Shown: one piece after another, positions 1-8,746 of the stretch
Layout: every line of letters begins with the position of its first letter
How positions within the stretch are numbered: position 1 is the stretch's first letter
Origin: Arenicella sp.
GTDB lineage: Bacteria > Pseudomonadota > Gammaproteobacteria > Arenicellales > Arenicellaceae
DNA length: 24,000 bases
Reading direction: 5' to 3'
Assembly (NCBI GenBank): GCA_046709645.1
Contig: JBKEFT010000003.1
Span: 3,567 to 27,566, forward strand
The notes under the pieces: generated by a model
Seen by the model: the letters and a program-made list of their open reading frames with translations, nothing else
Told to the model about the DNA's origin: nothing
The model's database searches: none
Made by a program: the position numbers and the translations under genes

Positions 1-1232
1 AAGACCTTTACGAGAATATTTCCAATAATGCAGGAACGGTGTATGGCTTTGATTACATTGGCGGTGGCATAGGCGCAGTGATATGGGTAATGTTCTGCCT
101 ATCACAACCGATTGTCGTCGTGGCAGCCTCAACGGCACTTCTAAACCTCATTATTGGCGCTGTATTTACGGTTTCTTTTTGGAAGGAAATTCGATATGTA
201 ACGGTATTGGTGTTTTTGAAAATTGTGGTTGGAATGCTGCTGATTACCGTTTTGATCAATGGCAGTGCCTGGATCAATTCGATGAACAGCATGCTGTATA
301 CCGATAAAGTTGTGTACGCAAATAACACTCGATTTCAGAACATAGTGATCACTTCTCGAATCGTTGGCGGAACCAATCAGTCGATTTTGAATTTGTACAT
401 TAATGGCCGTTTGCAGTTTTCGTCTGCCGACGAAAACCTGTACCACGCGATGTTGGTGTCGCCGGCCATGGAAATATCAGCTCGCCAGAAGAATGTGCTT
501 GTTATTGGCGGTGGTGATGGTCTAGCCGCACGTGAAATTCTACGATATCAGCCTGATTCAATTACGCTTGTAGATTTAGATCCAGCAATGACTCAGCTGT
601 TCACTGGCCAAGATGAGTTGGCTCCATCATGGTTGAACAACAGGCTGTTGTCGCTCAACCAAGACGCACTCTCCGACGCGCGAGTCTCGGTGATAAATCG
701 TGATGCATTTCTGCATATTGAACAGTTGGTCGCTCAACGACAATATTATGATGTCATCGTTGTTGATTTACCTGACCCGAATCACCCTGACCTCAATAAG
801 CTATACAGTGCGTATTTTTATCGTCAATTATCCGAGCTACTGAGTGGCGATGGCGCTCTTGTTATTCAGTCGACTAGTCCATACCACAGTAAAGACGCCT
901 TTCTATCCATTGGTGTTACCGCAAGAGAAGCCGGTTTTCAGGTTGATCAATATCGTGCCAATGTTCCGTCATTTGGCGAATGGGGTTGGACAATCGCGAC
1001 TGAAAACGGTCGTCCGCCATTTGAACGATTGAAGAATTTGGAGTTAAATAAGGCCATTAACAGCGACTTTATTGATAGAGATTTTATTATTGGTGCCTTT
1101 AGCTTTCCAAAGTCGTTTTACGATGATGTAGACAAAATTAAACCGAACCAATTAAACAACCCGGTTTTATACAAATACCATTCCGATGGTTGGCGTAAAA
1201 AACAGGGAGTATTCGTGAATAACCCTAACTAG
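1..1232 (+). CDS. Polyamine aminopropyltransferase (spermidine/spermine synthase-like) with N-terminal transmembrane region; 5-prime partial, reading frame open to window edge
   Basis: The frame of the 39..1232 ORF has no stop back to base 3. The N-terminal part is hydrophobic (GGGIGAVIWVMFCL, LLITVLINGSAW). The C-terminal domain carries spermidine synthase motifs: VLVIGGGDGLAAREILRY (SAM-type GxGxG), LVDLDPAMT, DVIVVDLPDPNHP and GALVIQSTSPYH. Confidence 0.85.
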   Translation, partial: DLYENISNNAGTVYGFDYIGGGIGAVIWVMFCLSQPIVVVAASTALLNLIIGAVFTVSFWKEIRYVTVLVFLKIVVGMLLITVLINGSAWINSMNSMLYTDKVVYANNTRFQNIVITSRIVGGTNQSILNLYINGRLQFSSADENLYHAMLVSPAMEISARQKNVLVIGGGDGLAAREILRYQPDSITLVDLDPAMTQLFTGQDELAPSWLNNRLLSLNQDALSDARVSVINRDAFLHIEQLVAQRQYYDVIVVDLPDPNHPDLNKLYSAYFYRQLSELLSGDGALVIQSTSPYHSKDAFLSIGVTAREAGFQVDQYRANVPSFGEWGWTIATENGRPPFERLKNLELNKAINSDFIDRDFIIGAFSFPKSFYDDVDKIKPNQLNNPVLYKYHSDGWRKKQGVFVNNPN

Positions 1233-1242
1233 AGAAAATACT

Positions 1243-1662
1243 ATGAACGAGAAATTGCGAGAGATCGCGGATCAAATAAATTATCTAAGCGTAAAAACAG
1301 ATTCAGTTCTTAACGCGACGGTCAGTGATGACGGTTCGAACGTCAAAATCGAAAATAACAACAATCCTGATGTCGAAATTGTATTAATTGCGACAGAGAA
1401 TCAATTGCTTTCTATCACTCCGTTATTTTCAGTGGCCAGCGTTACCCCAAGCCGCGTTGCCGAACTCGATCGCGCCTTATTAGCCATATCGCTACCCATG
1501 GTTTTATCTTCAGTCAGTATTCAAAACGATGATCGCTATGTGCTATTCGGCTCTATGGCGATTAACACCACAATAGAAAATTTGATGTACGAGCTTGAAG
1601 TGCAAGCCTCAAATTACGACGAACTAATGGCTGCGCTCGCAGAATTCATTGTCGAAGCATAA
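1243..1662 (+). CDS. YjfI-like protein (DUF2170 family)
   Basis: 139 aa, starting 10 nt after the upstream stop. It is collinear with my recollection of E. coli YjfI: LSSVSIQNDDRYVLFGSMAINTTIENLMYEL versus the YjfI pattern LSSVGISSVQQEEYYIVFGALS. It sits directly upstream of a PspA/YjfJ-like gene, as in the E. coli yjfIJK order. Confidence 0.65.
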   Translation: MNEKLREIADQINYLSVKTDSVLNATVSDDGSNVKIENNNNPDVEIVLIATENQLLSITPLFSVASVTPSRVAELDRALLAISLPMVLSSVSIQNDDRYVLFGSMAINTTIENLMYELEVQASNYDELMAALAEFIVEA

Positions 1663-1703
1663 GCATTGATTTTAAAAACTAACACAACCCAAACGGAGTA
1701 TTT

Positions 1704-2387
1704 ATGAGTATTTTAAAAAATTTAATGACCGCATTACGAGGCAATGTAAGCAGTGCCGGCGAAGCAATGATAGATCACCAAGCGATCACTATTCTCGAGC
1801 AAGAGATTCGAGATGGCAAGTCTAGTATTGCTAAGTCATATGTATCAATTCGCAATCTCAAAGCACAGGCAATTAAGTTGCAAGAACAAGTAAATGACAT
1901 CGACGAAGACATTGCTGGCTATACAACTAAAGCTAAGCAATTAGTCAGCGAAGAGAAAATGGACCTAGCTCAAAAGACTGCTCAACGAGTGGCTGATTTA
2001 ACCAACCAGAGAGTCGGCGTAAAAGAAAATGCTGATAAATTGACTGGCCAAGTTGATATGTTACTTTCTAAAGTTAAAGCGTTTGAAACACAGCTTCAGC
2101 AAGATCAGATCGACCTAGAGCAATTGAAAACGTTCGAAGCAGTTCACAAAGTGCAGCAGCAAGTCATCAGTTCAACGCCGTCGGTTAACTCTGATCGTAA
2201 ACGTATTGAACGAGCAAAAAGCCGCGTAAAGCAGCGCCAAGAAAATGTTGAAGCAAAAATGGCGGCAGACGATTGGATGAGCGAGGCAACAAAAGCCGAC
2301 GATCTGGATTCGCAGCTAGCCGCCGCAGGTATCGGCGAGACAGGCACCAGCGCGGATGACATTCTAGCCTCGTTAACCAAGTCATAA
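1704..2387 (+). CDS. PspA/IM30 family protein (YjfJ-like)
   Basis: 227 aa with a long coiled-coil. The N-terminus MSILKNLMTALRGNVSSAGEAMIDHQAITILEQEIRD matches the PspA/YjfJ opening (MGILKSL...LEQHIRDAK). An acidic/Ala-rich tail contains AAAGIGE. A GGAG lies 7 nt upstream of the ATG. Confidence 0.9.
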   Translation: MSILKNLMTALRGNVSSAGEAMIDHQAITILEQEIRDGKSSIAKSYVSIRNLKAQAIKLQEQVNDIDEDIAGYTTKAKQLVSEEKMDLAQKTAQRVADLTNQRVGVKENADKLTGQVDMLLSKVKAFETQLQQDQIDLEQLKTFEAVHKVQQQVISSTPSVNSDRKRIERAKSRVKQRQENVEAKMAADDWMSEATKADDLDSQLAAAGIGETGTSADDILASLTKS

Positions 2388-2450
2388 GCCATGTTGTTCA
2401 AAGGAAGAGGCGCAGAAATTGAGCCCTCTTCATTTTAAAAGGAAATATAA

Positions 2451-3080
2451 ATGTTTGGTAGAAAAAAGAAAGAACGTGAGGCTCGGTCTGTTTCGGTATT
2501 CTCAGACTTGCAGCTTAACGATCTCATTGTATTTAAGCCTAGAGATGTTTTACCTAATGGCATTTCAGATGAAACTCTCACGGTTGAAAAAATAGGGGCT
2601 TACGATTATGACGAAGACCTAAGCGCCGATTTCACCTTACGGCATGCCTCTGGGCAACGATTTTCGGCGGCCTACGATAGCGATGAAAACACCATTACAT
2701 TCGGTCGCAAATTAAAGCGTTCTGAGGTTCTTGGTATTTTTGACGAAGATGATTTTGCCAATGTGTTTGATGGAGGCTTGTCTCAGGTCAACCTACAAGC
2801 GTCGGTTGAAAACGTGCCAGAAGATCTTCAGCTTTGGATAGACGAGTCTTACCAGAGAACGGTCGCCGATGGCATTGCGTACTACTATGAATCGGATCGT
2901 CGAGAACAAGGGGTTTCGGCTTACAAAGATGGCTCACAACAATTTACGTATTTTGAGCTTGAGGGTGGTAATGACCGTAATTCATTGAGCATCGAAATTT
3001 GGTCTGATGGAGAGACCGACGTTTATTGTGAAGTGACCGTTAAAGCCAACGTTGTTGATACTTATCTTTGCCATGATTAG
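2451..3080 (+). CDS. YjfK-like protein (DUF2491 family), tentative
   Basis: 209 aa, soluble and acidic. The call rests mostly on its position immediately after the YjfJ-like gene (yjfI-yjfJ-yjfK synteny). A GGAAA-type RBS region precedes the ATG. Confidence 0.5.
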   Translation: MFGRKKKEREARSVSVFSDLQLNDLIVFKPRDVLPNGISDETLTVEKIGAYDYDEDLSADFTLRHASGQRFSAAYDSDENTITFGRKLKRSEVLGIFDEDDFANVFDGGLSQVNLQASVENVPEDLQLWIDESYQRTVADGIAYYYESDRREQGVSAYKDGSQQFTYFELEGGNDRNSLSIEIWSDGETDVYCEVTVKANVVDTYLCHD

Positions 3081-3591
3081 CAAGAAAAAAACTGACCTGA
3101 TCGATAAAAATGACAAGTGGGCAAAAGAGTCCGCCAATATTTCCTCAAGTGGAGCCGTCAGGTCTACTCAAATTGCCTTTGATTTCGACTTAGACCTCGA
3201 TACGGTTTTGCGGCAAGCCGCGGCCAGAAGGCATATAACTCCAAGTGCGATTATTCGTGAACACTTGGAGCTTACAATCGCTGAGCCTTCTAGAAAACGT
3301 ATTAGTCTTTCGTTTACCGATTCAGAGTTAGCTGAACTGGCAATACGCTACCAGCTTGACCATGTCGACAAGGTAAAAATAAAAAATTGCATAGCAAACG
3401 ATATATCAACGGCATTCTCCGTTGAGGATCGTTCGCAAAGTGACCTTGTTAGTAAAAAAGAAGAATTATTCAAGGTGCAAGAATTATTGAATTGCGTCAA
3501 AACCGAAGTGCAAGCGTTGCAGGCAGCGGCTGATAAAGTAACCAAGACAATTGACACTGCTTGCGCGAAAGATATGAGTAAAGGCCATTGA
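3073..3591 (+). CDS. Hypothetical protein with ribbon-helix-helix-like segment(s) and C-terminal coiled coil
   Basis: I prefer the ATG at 3073 (MISKKK), which overlaps the upstream stop by 8 nt, over the track start at 3052. IAFDFDLDLDTVLRQAAARRHITPSAIIREHLE fits the RHH/CopG strand-helix-helix pattern. A second weaker repeat is ISLSFTDSELAELAIRY. The tail KKEELFKVQELLNCVKTEVQALQAAADKV looks like a coiled coil. Confidence 0.5.
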   Translation: MISKKKTDLIDKNDKWAKESANISSSGAVRSTQIAFDFDLDLDTVLRQAAARRHITPSAIIREHLELTIAEPSRKRISLSFTDSELAELAIRYQLDHVDKVKIKNCIANDISTAFSVEDRSQSDLVSKKEELFKVQELLNCVKTEVQALQAAADKVTKTIDTACAKDMSKGH

Positions 3592-4691
3592 ATGCCCTAA
3601 AGCGCGGAATTGGGTCTTACGCTCGACGCAGGCGAAAGCGGCAACTCACTAAGCATTTATCTTCAAGTATTGGCAAACGAATTGGTTTTTTAATCGCGAT
3701 ATTGTTGGTTCTTATTGCCATCAATTCGATTGCAATGACTCAGTTCGAGAAGATATCACCAGGTGACGCTTTGTGGATGTCATTGGTCACCATCACAACC
3801 GTTGGCTATGGTGATTTTTTTCCAACAACCTTTTGGGGCCGACTGACGACAATCGTTAGTTTATTTATATTTGCCATTTCGGTACTCACAAATTTAATAA
3901 CCGAAGTGATCGAATGGCGTGTAATTATTACAGAGAAGAAGCGCAGAGGCTTCTGGGTATGGAAGAAAATGAACGGACAGATTCAAATTATTAACACACC
4001 AAATAATGATACGGAGCGATACCTTTCAAGACTGCTAACGGAGATAGCTGCAACCGATGAACTAACAGATTTACCAGTTCATTTACTGTCGAGAAAATAT
4101 CCTGAGGGATTACCGCAAAGTTTAGTCGAACAAAAACTGCTTCATAACACTGGAGCTGCCGAGGATATCGCAACCCTACAAAACTCTAATATCGACAAAG
4201 CAAAATATATTTTAATTCTAGCTCGCGACCCCAGTGATACACTCTCTGACAGCGCGACATTCGACGTGTTAAATCAAATTAGATCATTGGGCTCAGAGGC
4301 CAGTATTGTTGCCGAAGCAGTGGCTGACCAAAATAGAGAGCGTTTTCTAAATTCGGGGGCTGACGTCGTTATTCGTCCAATAAGAGCCTACCCAGAATTA
4401 GTAGTTCGTGCGATGGTTCACCCGGGCACTGAACAGGTGCTTGAAGACCTTTTATGCTCAAAAGGTGATTCACTGTATCGCGAAGACATTTCTTTCGATT
4501 CAAAACCATGGATTGACATTGTCACATCAGCGTTAACGGTTGGTTGTGGGACACCTATTGGCTATGTCACTGACGGCAAGGTTATGCTTCAACCTGCCGC
4601 CGATGAAGTTTGTAGTGGGGATGGCATTATGCTGATATCCAAACGAGACACTATCTCTAACATTGATTTGCTTCGTCATAAGCTTTCTTAA
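3588..4691 (+). CDS. Potassium channel protein (2TM pore, TVGYGD filter) with C-terminal RCK/TrkA-like domain
   Basis: The selectivity filter TTVGYGDF lies between two hydrophobic helices. The C-terminal section (ILILARDPSDTLSD...IVAEAVADQNRERFLNSGADVVIRP) resembles an RCK fold. The TTG start overlaps the upstream TGA by 4 nt, which suggests translational coupling. Confidence 0.88.
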   Translation: MNALKRGIGSYARRRRKRQLTKHLSSSIGKRIGFLIAILLVLIAINSIAMTQFEKISPGDALWMSLVTITTVGYGDFFPTTFWGRLTTIVSLFIFAISVLTNLITEVIEWRVIITEKKRRGFWVWKKMNGQIQIINTPNNDTERYLSRLLTEIAATDELTDLPVHLLSRKYPEGLPQSLVEQKLLHNTGAAEDIATLQNSNIDKAKYILILARDPSDTLSDSATFDVLNQIRSLGSEASIVAEAVADQNRERFLNSGADVVIRPIRAYPELVVRAMVHPGTEQVLEDLLCSKGDSLYREDISFDSKPWIDIVTSALTVGCGTPIGYVTDGKVMLQPAADEVCSGDGIMLISKRDTISNIDLLRHKLS

Positions 4692-4728
4692 ATTAGCGTC
4701 CGTAAAATAAATACGCTAAGGAGGTAAG

Positions 4729-5277
4729 TTGGTGCTAAAAAAGAGTTTTCAAATGCCACTCATATTGGTTGGCATTATGTTTGTAGTATTTTTAATCGAC
4801 GTTATTATACCCGGTGACCTCTCTTGGCTGGGGATTAGGCCAAGGTCATTTAGTGGCTTATTCGGCATTTTATTGTCGCCATTCTTGCATGCTAATATTT
4901 TTCATTTACTCTCGAATGCTGTACCTCTTGTAGTGATGGGCGCTATGTTAAATGCTATAGATCAGCGGCTATATCTCTATCGCACCTTCTTATTGGTTGT
5001 TGGCTCCGGGCTTTTAACATGGTTGATCAGTTCTTCCGGCGTGGTAATCGGTGCTTCAGGATTAGCCTTTGCGTATTGGGCGTATCTGATTGTTAATGGC
5101 GTTAGGACGAGAAAAATAAAAGATATTATCATCTCAATTCTGACAATTATTATTTATGGAACCTTGCTTATTAGCCTATTTCGCCATTCGCCAGGCGTTA
5201 GCTGGGCCGGCCATTTTAGTGGCGCCATGGCGGGAGGGTTGTTGGCATGGTATGCGCAGCCTAAATCGAGTGCTTAA
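4729..5277 (+). CDS. Rhomboid family intramembrane serine protease
   Basis: 182 aa and polytopic. It has the catalytic GxSG motif (VIGASGLAFAY), the partner His in AGHFSGAMAGG, and the HxxxN motif (HANIFHLLSN). A strong AGGAGG precedes the TTG/GTG start at 4729/4732. Confidence 0.85.
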   Translation: MVLKKSFQMPLILVGIMFVVFLIDVIIPGDLSWLGIRPRSFSGLFGILLSPFLHANIFHLLSNAVPLVVMGAMLNAIDQRLYLYRTFLLVVGSGLLTWLISSSGVVIGASGLAFAYWAYLIVNGVRTRKIKDIIISILTIIIYGTLLISLFRHSPGVSWAGHFSGAMAGGLLAWYAQPKSSA

Positions 5278-5461
5278 TTCTGGATGCCCAGCAACAAAGC
5301 ATCGTTTTCATGCTTATAAACTTAAGAAAACTTAAGCGGTCAAAGCCTAATGCCGCTTACTTAAGGAAAAACGACCAGACTCAGGCCAAAAAAAAGACTG
5401 TCTCAAGTGTTAGGATTTAGCTACGAAACAACGTCCAGATAACAGCCGGAGACAGCCTTTT

Positions 5462-6307
5462 ATGCATACTAACGATTCATTGGTTCGACTGGGTCGAATC
5501 GTTGTTGCCGAATCATCAAGAACGATTATTCCCCCCTACGGAAACGCTCTCGCTATTTTTGTCACAAGCCGTGAGTTCGGACTGATCCTGTCAAAACGTC
5601 GTGAACCAATCGGCCATCACAACGCTAATCAGCGGACTGCCTAACTGCAGTACGGGAACGGGTGGTTAGTGCAAAGCACGAGCGAGATTGCCGGTGACTC
5701 TAGTTCGGGAACTAACTCGCTTTACAGGGCAATTAATTGACTACAAGGTGTCGGATAAATGGCGCTGGCAAGGACGTAGGGTGCGCATAGTCGACGGCAC
5801 GACAGTGACATTTCCCGACACGCCAGAAAACCAGAATCGGTATCCGCAGCCACGCTCCTAAAAGCCGGGTATCGGCTTCCCGATGTGTCGGGTGGTTGCA
5901 ATCACCTGCCTTTCAAGCGGCGCTCTACTGGACGCCGCGATGTGTCCTGTGAAGGGCAAAGGAAATGATGAACAGTCTCTGCTTCGCACTATGATAAAAA
6001 CTTTTGAAAACAATGATGTATTGTTGGGAGATGCCTTTTATGCAACCTATTTCTTGATCGCTCAATTACAGGAAATGGGCGTTGACGGTGTGTTTGAACA
6101 ACATGGATCTCGACGTCGCAGCACGGACTTTCGACAAGGCAAAAGACTCGGCAGCAAGGATCATTTAATCGTGATCAAACGACCAAAATCGCCACCTAAC
6201 TGGATGAGCCAGAAACAGTTCGAAGCGATGCCCGAGACGAGCTAAACGTCAAAGGAAAGGTCTTGGTGACTACGCTTTGTTGTCCTGTAACGGCGACTAA
6301 AGAACAG
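5462..6307 (+). pseudogene. IS4-family DDE transposase, degraded (multiple in-frame stops and frameshifts, 3-prime truncated)
   Basis: Stitching frames by hand gives ...IIPPYGNALAIFVT / AVSSD*SCQNVVNQSAITTLISGLPNCSTGTGG*CKARARLPVTLVREL...WRWQGRRVRIVDGTTVTFPDTPENQNRYPQPRS*KPGIGFPMCRVVAI...LLGDAFY...DFRQGKRLGSKDHLI... / ELNVKGKVLVTTL. In-frame stops are at 5583 (TGA), 5667 (TAG) and 5859 (TAA), with frameshifts near 5565 and 6240. The DDE D residues are present (VDGTT, GDAFY), but the YxxRWxIE segment is missing. Confidence 0.75.
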
Positions 6308-7423
6308 CCAGTAGCGCAGCATGTTTTTGTTGCCTTCTAATGTCACCATTTGTCGCGGTAGTCGTTCGTCAGCTGGGCATCGGTATTCGTCATCAGCCTC
6401 GATGTAAATAAAATCCCGACGGTCGTACAGCCCTTTCTTTATATTGCCCGAAGTTAACGACTTGGGCACGTAAGGCGTGATGCCCTCATCGACGGTCGCC
6501 TTGATCTCTTCCATGTTGTAGTAACCTCGGTCTGCAATCACTTCGAGGTTTTCAGTGCCCGTTGCTTCTCTCGCTTCCTTCGCCGTTCGGGTTAGTTGTC
6601 GTCGGTCGCTCATGGCCATCGTGACGTCATGTGCGACGATTAGGTGGTGCTTACTATCGACTGCCGCTTGTACGTTGTAGCCTACTGTGCCTGAGCTTCG
6701 GGCATTGGTGGACATAGCTCTGGCATCAGGATCGGTCAGCGAAATTTGCTTATCGGGTGCTGCATTAACAAGCGCCTCGATCGCTTTAACCTCACTCATC
6801 TGACGCTCGAGTGACTCCAACTGCTTATGGATGTGTTCGGTCTTGGCTTTTGGGATTGCTTGTTCCTGGCGGTCGAAGCTTGCCAACTGCCCGAGGTGCC
6901 GATCTAGGCTTGTATTGATCGCCTCGATGCGCCGCTTCACCTTGGCTCTCGTAAAGTTACGGTCTCTATTATTAACCGCCTTGAACCGACTACCGTCAAT
7001 AGCAATCAGCGATTCCGCGAACAGGTTCATTTGCTTGCAGATCATCATAAACTGCCGACAGGAGGCTTTAATCGCCGAACCGTTATCTTTGCGAAAGTCA
7101 GCGATTGTTGTGAAGTCTGGAGCCAGTCGATCCAACAACCACATCAGCTCAGGATTGCGGTTAGCTTCGCGTTCTAGTCGACGGCTTGATTGAACCTTGT
7201 TGAGGTAACCATAAATGTATAACTTCAACATAGTCCTTGGGTGATACGCAGGCCTTCCAGTAGCCTTGGGTTCTGCCGAAGCAAAACCTAGCTCAAACTA
7301 TTTTAGCTTATTAACAAACGCATCTATAAACCGAACTGGATTCTCTTCCGTGATGTAATCCTCTATGCGTTGAGGGAATAATGTCGCCTGTTGGCGATGT
7401 TGCCCTTCGATAAAACGACTCAT
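6308..7423 (-). pseudogene. IS1182-family (IS5-like) transposase, in-frame TAG at codon 42 and 3-prime truncated
   Basis: From the ATG at 7423 the translation reads MSRFIEGQHRQQATLFPQRIEDYITEENPVRFIDAFVNKLK*FELGFASAEPKATGRPAYHPRTMLKLYIYGYLNKVQSSRRLERE... This is the typical IS1182 N-terminus, and it is in frame with the 6242..7231 ORF. The TAG is at 7298-7300. Recognisable similarity ends at ...MLRYW (6308), where the IS4 remnant abuts. The Cys-rich C-terminal part expected for this family is absent. Confidence 0.75.
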
Positions 7424-7461
7424 AAATCACTCCAGCTATCTGATGGAGTAATTATACCATT

Positions 7462-7743
7462 TTGGTCGTTTTCACACAGCCTGAGCATAAAGTGGACACT
7501 GATGATGTTATACATATTAATTATCGACTTGCCACTGACCAACAAGGTAAAGGTCATGCTGTTGAGTCGACATTTGGTGTATTAGATTTTGCAAAAAAAT
7601 CCTTAAAGCTTAAAGCTGTATACGCACTAATAGAGTCAGCGAATATCAGCTCGGTTAAAGTAGTAGACAGAACAGGCTTCCAATTTATTAAATCGTCAGT
7701 ATCTCGTCGCTTTAAAATCGACATATATCAAGTGGTTCTATAA
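7462..7743 (+). pseudogene. GNAT (RimJ/RimL-like) N-acetyltransferase, C-terminal fragment truncated by the IS
   Basis: INYRLATDQQGKGHAVESTFGVLDFAKKSLKLKAVYALIESANISSVKVVDRTGFQF matches the GNAT motif A/B region (Q/RxxGxG/A ... N..S..v.ek.GF). There is no N-terminal half, and the IS1182-like end lies immediately upstream. Confidence 0.55.
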
Positions 7744-7771
7744 AGCGAGATATAACAAGCCATTCTAATAG

Positions 7772-7831
7772 GACAAATAACAGTTGGCTATTTACTCCTT
7801 CGCCGCTTATGTTAGCCAACTATTATTTGTC
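7772..7831. repeat. 19-bp inverted repeat (1 mismatch) with 22-nt spacer
   Basis: GACAAATAACAGTTGGCTA (7772-7790) pairs with TAGCCAACTATTATTTGTC (7813-7831). It lies 29 nt after the GNAT fragment stop, and no T-run follows. Confidence 0.7.
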
Positions 7832-7994
7832 TCGTAATCGGGCATTAAGCACACACAGGGATATCTATTTGTGACCAAAGCTACACCGATATCGGTATAT
7901 AAAGTACTCGAGAAAGTAACGTTTCTAAGTAATCGCAAGTGCTATGCTAGGTGCTCAATTATCTTTACAGCTATTTTCCTGCGGTTTAAGCTAA

Positions 7995-8720
7995 ATGCAA
8001 GAATCTTTCCTATCCATAAGTGCTAATGATGAGTGCCTGATTTATGGTGTTTTAAATCAAGTGCAACCGTCGAATAGACTCATCATTTTTGTTCATGGTC
8101 TGACGGGTGAAAAGGAGAACCATCTCTACTACAATGCTGCGCGTTTTTTCCCAAGGAATGGTTGTCATTCTTACCGCTATGATCTTTTTTCTAATGAAGT
8201 AAATGGACGGAAATTGGTTGACTGCACACTCGCCACATTCAGTGATGATTTAAATCGAGTGTTGAGCTATTTTTCGAACTCATATAAACAAATTCATGTT
8301 GTTGGGCACAGCATCGGCGGCTGTGTGGCGTTGAACGCAAAGCAATCGCTTATTTGCAGTTTTGTCTTGTGGGACACAGGGCTACAGAATGGCTCAAGCG
8401 ATTCAGGGGCTTTTGTGTTTGATGAGCATACCAAGTTGTTTATCGCCGATCTCAAAATACGTTATTTTTTGTCACCTAAGTTGATTGAAGAACGTGCACA
8501 ACAAGGTGGTGACGTGGTTAAGAAAATACGGCGGCCGGTTAAATTAATCTTCGCAGGCAATACCAATATTAAGGATTCATGGAATGATAATCTTTGCCAC
8601 ATAAAACCGTACCACGAAGTGCTTACTATTGAAGGTGCCGGGCATGGATTTAACGAATTTGGTAAAAATGATGAGTTGTTTGATGAAACCTTAAATTGGC
8701 TTAAGGCGTTTAAACACTAA
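7995..8720 (+). CDS. Alpha/beta hydrolase fold protein
   Basis: It has LIIFVHGLTGEKENH (oxyanion-region HG), the nucleophile elbow VVGHSIGG (GxSxG), and a C-terminal EGAGHGF containing a candidate catalytic His. Confidence 0.8.
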   Translation: MQESFLSISANDECLIYGVLNQVQPSNRLIIFVHGLTGEKENHLYYNAARFFPRNGCHSYRYDLFSNEVNGRKLVDCTLATFSDDLNRVLSYFSNSYKQIHVVGHSIGGCVALNAKQSLICSFVLWDTGLQNGSSDSGAFVFDEHTKLFIADLKIRYFLSPKLIEERAQQGGDVVKKIRRPVKLIFAGNTNIKDSWNDNLCHIKPYHEVLTIEGAGHGFNEFGKNDELFDETLNWLKAFKH

Positions 8721-8746
8721 TTACTTGAAAAACTGTAAATCTAGAT

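Larger units (their letters stand above)
5398..7460. mobile_element. IS debris: IS4-family remnant fused tail-to-tail with an IS1182-family remnant
   Basis: See the two transposase pseudogenes below. CTGTCTC at 5398 resembles the terminal bases of IS50-type (IS4 family) ends. Both outer boundaries are approximate. Confidence 0.6.

Noticed and set aside
53-446. Antisense and alternate-frame ORFs inside the aminopropyltransferase gene (53..328-, 83..307+, 141..446-). Similar shadow ORFs occur elsewhere: 844..1032, 2144..2401, 2185..2385, 3348..3557, 3991..4173, 6831..7193, 8961..9185, 11112..11333, 11619..11804, 13434..13769, 14948..15226, 15536..15733, 15894..16109, 16638..16907, 17692..17895, 18846..19040, 20323..20517, 20565..20801, 20758..21024, 21179..21505, 21427..21627 and 22572..22838.
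   Set aside because: Each lies wholly within or opposite a longer ORF that has clear family motifs. Their translations look compositionally odd and have no recognisable motifs or RBS.
5296-5360. Hairpins after the rhomboid gene (AAGCAT-n7-ATGCTT at about 5296-5314; TAAGCGG-n13-CCGCTTA at about 5333-5359) as intrinsic terminators.
   Set aside because: The stems are short or AT-rich, the loops are long, and no U-run follows. This is too weak to annotate, although one of them may still act as the cluster terminator.
5462-6245. ORFs 5462..5644 and 5883..6245 as two independent small genes.
   Set aside because: When the frames are stitched together, they read as consecutive parts of one IS4-family transposase. 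They are pseudogene fragments.
7391-7585. 64-aa ORF spanning the IS end and the GNAT fragment.
   Set aside because: It is in an alternate frame to the GNAT fragment, which shows clear GNAT motifs. Its sequence has no recognisable features.
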